A stretch of 62,694 nucleotides of DNA, the filler included, from a bacterium (lineage in GTDB: Bacteria > UBP15 > UBA6099 > JAJRTR01): the NCBI GenBank assembly GCA_024278215.1. It is 6 parts of 6 records of this genome, joined end to end, with 100 filler letters (N's around TTAATTAATTAA, not from the genome) between each part and the next. Parts side by side here need not be neighbours in the genome. Positions count along the whole stretch, not along the records: positions 52,382 to 62,694 come from JAJRTR010000044.1; 5 more parts are not named here. The stretch is one strand, 5' to 3'. Positions 56,684 through 62,694 of this stretch are shown here, piece by piece (position 1 is the first letter of the stretch; each line of letters begins with the position of its first letter). The notes under the pieces were generated by a model. It made no database searches. It was not told the DNA's origin and saw nothing but the letters and a program-made list of their open reading frames with translations. The translations under genes and the position numbers were made by a program.

Positions 56684-59023
56684 TCATTTGACGCCCGCCT
56701 CATTTTTCTCCACTGAAGGAATAAACTCGATCCTGTCATCTTCTGTTGTGAGTATGAGCGTTTTGCGCTCGAACGGCTTCAGTGAAATCGCGAACCTTCT
56801 ATCTCCGTTCTTTTCGCTTACCGGTTCTTTACCGATTGTCGCCTCGTCGACACCGGCAATATTCCTGAGTGGAATAAAGAATTCCAAATCGGCAGTCGCC
56901 GTCATGTCCGAGTAATTGAAAATCTTCACGGCGATCCTTCCTTCCGGTTCAGTCATTTTACCATATTCTTTACCATTAGATCCGAGGGGTTTCAATCCAT
57001 ACATTATTGTACTTCGACCGTCGATGCTGATAAAAGACACAGAGCCCGGCAGACTTCCGCTATGAAGCCCCTCCGAAACTGCAATAAGCGGAAAGTTGTA
57101 TTCGTAGCCTTCACGGATCAGTCCCGCATCCCGCCAGTCTCCGGCGTGTGGAACAACGGCATACCTGTATTTGTCGCCGCGGCTGTCGTCCTCAGTTTCT
57201 TCAGACAACTCATCCGAAGCGTGCAGGAAAGGAATCTTCATTCTATCGTCGGCATCGACACTTACATACGTGCCTCCAGCGCCCAGCAGTGCGAACCCGT
57301 ATTCCGGTGCGGTTGCGATGAAACCGGATGCGTTGACTCTGATCGGCAACACGATGTTCCCGGACTTTTTCAATTGTTCCACGACGACGTCAATCTTTTT
57401 TCGCAATGAGGCGCTGTCTGCCGCTTCGAGCACGAGTACATGTGGCGACTTGTTGCCTGATGCGGCGATGATCGAACCCGCGGACTTCGCGAACATCGTT
57501 CCAACACCGTTAGCAGCGATTCCCGACTTGATGATATTCCTTTCAGCATAAGTGAAATATTCTTCGATATTATTAGTGAATTCGTTGTTGCCGCCAACAC
57601 CGAGCGAAATACTGAAACCATCGTATTCGCCGCCTGCGGCATTATCTGCCCGGACTTTCGTCGTCTCGACTCCACGCACGGAAAGCGCCGCCGCAAGTTC
57701 GTCCGCCATTCTTTCGACGTCTTTGTCCGCTGGAACAATGATCTCGCAAATATTCATCGGATAGCTACCGACAACATTTCCGCGGTCGTCAATAAAGTCG
57801 ACGGACTGCCCCGGCCCGTAATCGACCCAGTTATTTGTCAGCGCGGTTAAGCGTTTTTCGGACAAAAGCACACCATTTGTGATCGTCAGGGGGAACATCG
57901 CCATTAAACGGATATCCGCCCCATCGAACGCATTGATATATGTTGTAAAATCTATGCGCCGTATTTCCGGACTCCTGTAGATAGTCGTTTCCCTGACAAT
58001 TTCAGGAAATATTTTTTTCTTCAGCTTTTTTTCGACATTTCTCCCGCTGCCGTTTCGGCCTGTTGTTTCATAGACAGGATTCGACACGACAACAATACGG
58101 TCAAACACCGCGCCATGTATCAGAGAAATGTTTTTCGGCACCGAATCATTCAAGTACCATATAGTTCTTTCTTCTTTCTTCTTTTCATTATTGTCACTTC
58201 GGGTTTCATGTGCGGCTGCTTTATTGACTATCGCCACGACGTCGTTTCCGACCCCGATGTCGTCGCGCATAAATTCTTTATTCAGCTTTTTTCCGTAAAT
58301 GCTTCCCAGTCCGCCGCACTCGCCCGGCTCGGACTCTATCCTGTACAGATCGTTTTCGATCCATGTACCCTTCAGCCGGGCAGGTCGGTAATCCACTGGG
58401 AATTTCTGCGACGGCACCGGGTAGAAGACGCTGTAGCCTGTCGCAGGCACATCACCGGCAATCATATACACTCGCGCTGATGTGAAGGGGATGTCGACGT
58501 TGTTAGTCGTAAGCTGAAAAGCGACTCGGGCACCGGTGCGGTCGACAATATAAAACGCATCGACCGGCACATCGAACTCAACATCCGCTTCCACGACATC
58601 CGTTCGTTTCCAGCTTAAGGAATTAAAAATGATAATCGGTCTCCCGGATTCGCCCGGCGCGTATTTCGACGTGTCGATCACAGATGAAATGTCGCGCAGC
58701 GCTTCATCCCTCACGGTAGTTGCGGATTTCAACGCCGCTCGTCGGTTCGCTATGTTATCCGGTTTTGCTTTCCCGGATTTCCCTGCGGCTGTCGTAATAT
58801 GCTCTGATTCCTCATTTATAAAAGCGCTTATGCGGTCGAGTTCATCCCATGGATAAGTCGCGCCCGTTATACTATTTACAGTCGAAAATAGCTCCGCCTC
58901 GGCGAGCCGGTTCGCGGCAAACCGCGTCACGCTATCCATAGACACTGCAACCCGGGCACACAAGCAGGCGTAAAGTATAAAGAATATGCAATATGGGAAT
59001 AAGACTTTTCTCATGATATTCAT
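56684..59023 (-). CDS. Secreted GH38 C-terminal-domain protein lacking the catalytic domain
   Basis: IFNSLSWKRTD, DVPATGY, IEND.YR, RRIDF, PHAGDWR...YEYNFPL, LKPFE. No HxD, PDxFG or HD motif. Confidence 0.75.
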   Translation of the reverse strand: MNIMRKVLFPYCIFFILYACLCARVAVSMDSVTRFAANRLAEAELFSTVNSITGATYPWDELDRISAFINEESEHITTAAGKSGKAKPDNIANRRAALKSATTVRDEALRDISSVIDTSKYAPGESGRPIIIFNSLSWKRTDVVEADVEFDVPVDAFYIVDRTGARVAFQLTTNNVDIPFTSARVYMIAGDVPATGYSVFYPVPSQKFPVDYRPARLKGTWIENDLYRIESEPGECGGLGSIYGKKLNKEFMRDDIGVGNDVVAIVNKAAAHETRSDNNEKKKEERTIWYLNDSVPKNISLIHGAVFDRIVVVSNPVYETTGRNGSGRNVEKKLKKKIFPEIVRETTIYRSPEIRRIDFTTYINAFDGADIRLMAMFPLTITNGVLLSEKRLTALTNNWVDYGPGQSVDFIDDRGNVVGSYPMNICEIIVPADKDVERMADELAAALSVRGVETTKVRADNAAGGEYDGFSISLGVGGNNEFTNNIEEYFTYAERNIIKSGIAANGVGTMFAKSAGSIIAASGNKSPHVLVLEAADSASLRKKIDVVVEQLKKSGNIVLPIRVNASGFIATAPEYGFALLGAGGTYVSVDADDRMKIPFLHASDELSEETEDDSRGDKYRYAVVPHAGDWRDAGLIREGYEYNFPLIAVSEGLHSGSLPGSVSFISIDGRSTIMYGLKPLGSNGKEYGKMTEPEGRIAVKIFNYSDMTATADLEFFIPLRNIAGVDEATIGKEPVSEKNGDRRFAISLKPFERKTLILTTEDDRIEFIPSVEKNEAGVK

Positions 59024-59091
59024 AAGCCTGTTAATTGTAACTTAAAACCGCCTTGAAACTAAGATGAAGCTAAAGATATGGAAAGCCCCGG

Positions 59092-59691
59092 TTACTCTAT
59101 TAAAAGTCCGGTCGATGAATTGAATCGGCCCATTGCAACATCGAAACCGTCAGCCACGACAGCTTCCAGGGCGTCGGCGGCACTGTCCATAAATTCCGGC
59201 AGCAGTTTTTTTTCGTCGGGCATAAAAGAACGAAGCACGAAATCCTCGAGCGGCATGCCCTGCGGCTGCGGCCCGATGCCGAGGCGGATACGTGGAATGT
59301 CCTTTGTCTGGAGCACATCAATAATATTCTTCATGCCCTTGTGTCCTCCGGCGCTGCCTGTTTTGCGGATGCGGATGCGTCCGAAGTCGATTGCAGCGTC
59401 ATCATACAGCACAATCATCCGGTGTGGCATAGCGCCTATATTCAGACCCGTTTTCACGAGCGCCTGCCCGCTTAGATTCATGTACATCAACGGTTTTATT
59501 ATTGTGATGCCGCCGGCACCGCACCGGTAGTCTTCGCGAATAAATGAAGTTGTCTTTTTCCTGAGATGAGGTCGGCCGAGCCGCTTTGCAAACGAGTCGA
59601 CCGCCATAAATCCGATATTGTGTCGGGTGCGCGAATACTTCAGGCCCGGATTCCCCAGCCCCACAATAACTTCTATTCCGCTTTCTTCCAT
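59092..59691 (-). CDS. pth: Peptidyl-tRNA hydrolase
   Basis: VGLGNPG, TRHNIGF, YMNLSG, YDD, GSAGGH, RIRLGIG. Confidence 0.95.
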   Translation of the reverse strand: MEESGIEVIVGLGNPGLKYSRTRHNIGFMAVDSFAKRLGRPHLRKKTTSFIREDYRCGAGGITIIKPLMYMNLSGQALVKTGLNIGAMPHRMIVLYDDAAIDFGRIRIRKTGSAGGHKGMKNIIDVLQTKDIPRIRLGIGPQPQGMPLEDFVLRSFMPDEKKLLPEFMDSAADALEAVVADGFDVAMGRFNSSTGLLIE

Positions 59692-59854
59692 ATATATTGC
59701 TCCAGCATGATCTCGTATGTGCTTTGATCTAGAAACCTGTGTGAATTTCATAAACACATAAGTCCAGAATATTATACGAAATTTTCCGGGCCATTGCCGG
59801 AATTCCTGTAATATATCCGAATTTGCACAAGTTCAGTTATAATTGTGACAATAG

Positions 59855-60799
59855 ATGATGAAAGAAGCGAGAGAGATGAATAGATATATTTCTGAAGATA
59901 CACAGTCGGGTTTGCATATTGCGGCGCGAAGCACAATGTATGTTATCGTGATGTTTTCGCTTATCGTGTGCGCGAACGTCGCGATTGCGGATACGCAACT
60001 GCCGAGGCATCCGAACCGGGCGGAAGTGTCGAAGCTGGACGAGTCGGGCTGCGACGCCGGTTTTTCTTTCGCGGTGGTAGGCGACATCCACCAGAATAAT
60101 GAAACGTTCGAGGAAATGATACGGCTGTCGCGCGCGTCGGGTGTGGACTTTGCCGTTGCCGTCGGCGACTTCACGAATGACGGCAAACCCGAAGAATATG
60201 AAAACTATGTCGAGCATATCAACGCTTCGGAATTACCGTGGTTTACTGTGCCCGGCAACCACGAATACCGCAGCCCGGACGGACATACCTCACTGGCCGG
60301 TAAAAAAAGATACAAGCGAATATTCGGTAAGGCCGACTTTGTTTTTACACATTGCGGATGGGCATTTGCAGGGCTGGACACACCGGCGTTCGACGCGCTC
60401 CTGCCGACACAACTGAACAAACTCGAGAAGGTGCTGAAAAGATACAAGGGAAGATCGGTCGTGTTTTCTCACTACCCGCCCGCGATAATTCCAAACTGGG
60501 AAGACGGGATTTGGGTGTCGAACGCGGCTAGTTTTATGAACCTGCTGGATAGGTACGAAACACCGTTTTCCTTTTCCGGCCACATCCATGTTTACGACGA
60601 ATATAAAAAAGGGCCTGTAACGTATGTTATAACCGGCGGTGGCGGCGGCACCCTTGATTCAGACCGTGGACCCGCCAATCTCAACTCGCCGGACTCCGGC
60701 GCATTCTATCACTTTATAATCGCTACCGTCAGGCAAGGCCGCCTCGATTTTAGAATTGTGAAATTAGCACAGGAAACGCATGAGCCGGTCGAGCACTGA
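59855..60799 (+). CDS. Secreted calcineurin-like metallophosphoesterase (start uncertain)
   Basis: GDIH, GDFT, GNHE, SHYP, GHIH, TGGGG. Confidence 0.9.
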   Translation: MMKEAREMNRYISEDTQSGLHIAARSTMYVIVMFSLIVCANVAIADTQLPRHPNRAEVSKLDESGCDAGFSFAVVGDIHQNNETFEEMIRLSRASGVDFAVAVGDFTNDGKPEEYENYVEHINASELPWFTVPGNHEYRSPDGHTSLAGKKRYKRIFGKADFVFTHCGWAFAGLDTPAFDALLPTQLNKLEKVLKRYKGRSVVFSHYPPAIIPNWEDGIWVSNAASFMNLLDRYETPFSFSGHIHVYDEYKKGPVTYVITGGGGGTLDSDRGPANLNSPDSGAFYHFIIATVRQGRLDFRIVKLAQETHEPVEH

Positions 60800-60809
60800 A
60801 ATATCACAC

Positions 60810-61470
60810 ACTAATTGTTCTTTGATATTTCCGCTTTCGTCGAGTAGCCGGTGTTCAAGTCTAACCCAGCCTGCATCGGAAATATATTTTGCGATCAAAC
60901 CCGCCGTGAGCCTGTTGCCCTCAACCTTCAGGTGTCCCACCACTCCGTTTTTGCGATGTATATAGTAATTACTGAAAACCTTTTCTCTTTACCCGGCTTC
61001 CGCCATGAATTCTTCAGAAAGGTCTAAGTAATTAAGTTGAAGTTGATCGTAGATATCCCGCTGCCGAAATCATCGCCGGGCGGAATATGGACGATGAGCA
61101 GTTTTTTACCCTTAGCTTCGATTTCGGTTTTCAAGGCGTTCAGCAATGATTTTACGACTACGGCCATTTCAAAATAGTACTTTCTCACGGCTTTTTCGCG
61201 GACGGAGGGAATAAGTTGGTACTGGTTTCGCAGAAGAATCCCAAGGCGGAATTCGTGTGAGGCCTGCCTGCGAATTCGCTTGAGCGTGGTATTGGGGGGC
61301 GAAACGGGGATATTCTCAACAACAAGCCTGCCTTTGTGCTCATCGAAACGGAATACGGGTTTGGCGTGTGAGAAAAAAAGTCAGCCCGGTTCGATCCAGA
61401 TCATTTGAAAGAATTCCGAAAATCACGATATCGGGGTCGTATTGCCTTCCTTTAATAGATCTCGTTATGT
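60810..61470 (-). pseudogene. SGNH/GDSL-hydrolase-like pseudogene
   Basis: Manual translation: YDPDIVIFGILSND, frameshift in an A7 run, AKPVF...ENIPV...LLIVHIP, second frameshift, NYLDL...AG*REK...GHLKVEGNRLTA. Confidence 0.7.
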
Positions 61471-61493
61471 GAAGCTTCACATAAAATCTTATA

Positions 61494-61532
61494 CAGCCGA
61501 CCGCAGCAGAATCATAATTTCGCAATTGGCTC
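61494..61532. repeat. Repeat family A, terminal fragment
   Basis: CAGCCGACCGCAGCAGAATCATAATTTCGCAATTGGCTC; its end overlaps the TAG stop of the pilin-like gene. Confidence 0.8.
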
Positions 61533-62029
61533 TATCGCTGTTCAGGATATTCATCGCCATCGGTCTCAATCTCGTAACCGATAGGATTCCTGATGTCGCC
61601 GTGGTCGTGGCCCATCACCCTGTGTGTGATGGGATCAAGATGATATGGCGCTCCTGTTATGGGACATCTGGGTATCCCTTTGGGAAAATAGTCTTTGTCT
61701 CTTCCTATGTCGCTAAGGTCGTCTCTCGGCCACTGGGCATTGTTCTGGATGTACCAGAGTTCGACTAATGTGTTTATAACCTGTTGATTGTGGCGGCAGG
61801 CAGTTTTTTTCGTGAAGTCGATTATTTTATCAACATCGAAATTATCAGGTTCCTGACGTTGGTCCTTTTCGTTGTAATCCACTTCCTGCGGGACGGCAGT
61901 CATTGCCTGGGTGGCTGTTCCCCCGTCCAGAGATATGTAAGGCAGGAATGCCACATTGAACAGCATAAGACCGAGCACGGTGAACAGTATGCTCCACAAC
62001 ATCCAGTATCGGTTAGGTTTTAAAGGCAT
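61532..62029 (-). CDS. Pilin-like (ComGC-like) protein without a canonical prepilin motif
   Basis: N-terminal TM segment. ACRHN..VINTLVELWY...WP..DLSDI...YFP...CPIT...HRVMGH is paralogous to the neighbouring gene. Confidence 0.7.
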   Translation of the reverse strand: MPLKPNRYWMLWSILFTVLGLMLFNVAFLPYISLDGGTATQAMTAVPQEVDYNEKDQRQEPDNFDVDKIIDFTKKTACRHNQQVINTLVELWYIQNNAQWPRDDLSDIGRDKDYFPKGIPRCPITGAPYHLDPITHRVMGHDHGDIRNPIGYEIETDGDEYPEQR

Positions 62030-62051
62030 AAGCTTCGCCGCATAAAATTCT

Positions 62052-62477
62052 TTACGGATGCGGTGTCACACCTCTCTTGTGTCCCGAAACCCTGTGTCCG
62101 GTGGGATATATAAAATATGTCGCAGCAGGAGTCACCGGACAGTCGGGCAGTTTCTGTTCAACAAAATAGTTGACATTCGCCGCTATATCCGACAGGTCAA
62201 CCATGGGCCATGTGCCTTCTTTTATGTAGTAGAGCTGGACAAGGGCGTTTATATTCGCAACATTCGCCAGGCATGCTTCCCATTTGGCGTCTTCCGACAC
62301 ATCAAAAAATCGCGGCACCATAATTATCGACAGGATTGATATCAGCAATGCGATAAGGATTATCTCCCCCAGCGCTATCCCTTTTTCGTTTTTATTTAAA
62401 CCTATCTTCACAATTTGCCCTGTGTACAAAGATATAATGTTGTTATCTATTATAGCAATTTCTTTATCTGATAGCAA
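62052..62477 (-). CDS. Type IV pilin / pseudopilin-like protein (likely start GTG 62411)
   Basis: KG|IALGE class III signal followed by a hydrophobic helix and PRF; two Cys (AC...CP). Confidence 0.8.
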   Translation of the reverse strand: MLSDKEIAIIDNNIISLYTGQIVKIGLNKNEKGIALGEIILIALLISILSIIMVPRFFDVSEDAKWEACLANVANINALVQLYYIKEGTWPMVDLSDIAANVNYFVEQKLPDCPVTPAATYFIYPTGHRVSGHKRGVTPHP

Positions 62478-62694
62478 AATCTACCGTATTACACTGGATA
62501 TTCGTAACCGGTCACAAGGTTCGGTAAAATGTGATGCGGTAGAAACTATATTCGTAACCGTTCACACCCCTGTTGCAGCACAATGACATACAATAGCGCA
62601 CTATTGCATACACTAGACGTTTTTGCAAGTATGTGCTATGGTATGTTTAATGGACAGCGAAACGGCATCAAAACCAACGTATGAAGAATTGGTA

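Noticed and set aside
1-62694. Dispersed repeats as a CRISPR array or integron attC array
   Set aside because: No regular repeat-spacer periodicity, no cas or integrase genes, no RYYYAAC/GTTRRRY ends, and orientations are mixed.

Overview
This window is not continuous DNA. It is six contig pieces joined by artificial N-TTAATTAATTAA-N linkers (5814-5913, 16774-16873, 28007-28106, 45045-45144, 52282-52381), so gene order across the linkers is meaningless. The content is chromosomal sequence of a probably anaerobic, uncultured bacterium. Housekeeping genes include cutA, rimO, an nfo-like endonuclease, HU, hsp20, pth and partial trmL. Metabolic genes include iolM, meaB with an ICM-type acyl-CoA mutase large subunit, GH38 proteins, a NeuB/PseG pair and GMC, enolase-superfamily and DapA-family enzymes. 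Signalling genes include a GAF-GGDEF protein, a Rossmann-PAS histidine kinase and an MBL-fold/cNMP protein. There is also a B12-radical-SAM cluster beside a lipoprotein AmrB-AmrA fusion, an orphan flagellin with a CsrA-type leader, two small pilin-like genes, a transposase 3' fragment and an SGNH pseudogene. The most striking unexplained structure is non-coding: several families of dispersed palindromes. These are a 176-bp TIR-bounded hairpin element (8 whole or partial copies), a 140-bp hairpin element, a 29-bp mini-palindrome (about 10 copies) and GTAG-type REPs. They nest inside each other, start at stop codons and extend protein C-termini, and the two long families share one strand-specific internal-loop motif. 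I recognised no rRNA, tRNA or CRISPR array. All family assignments come from motif recognition by eye, with no database search.
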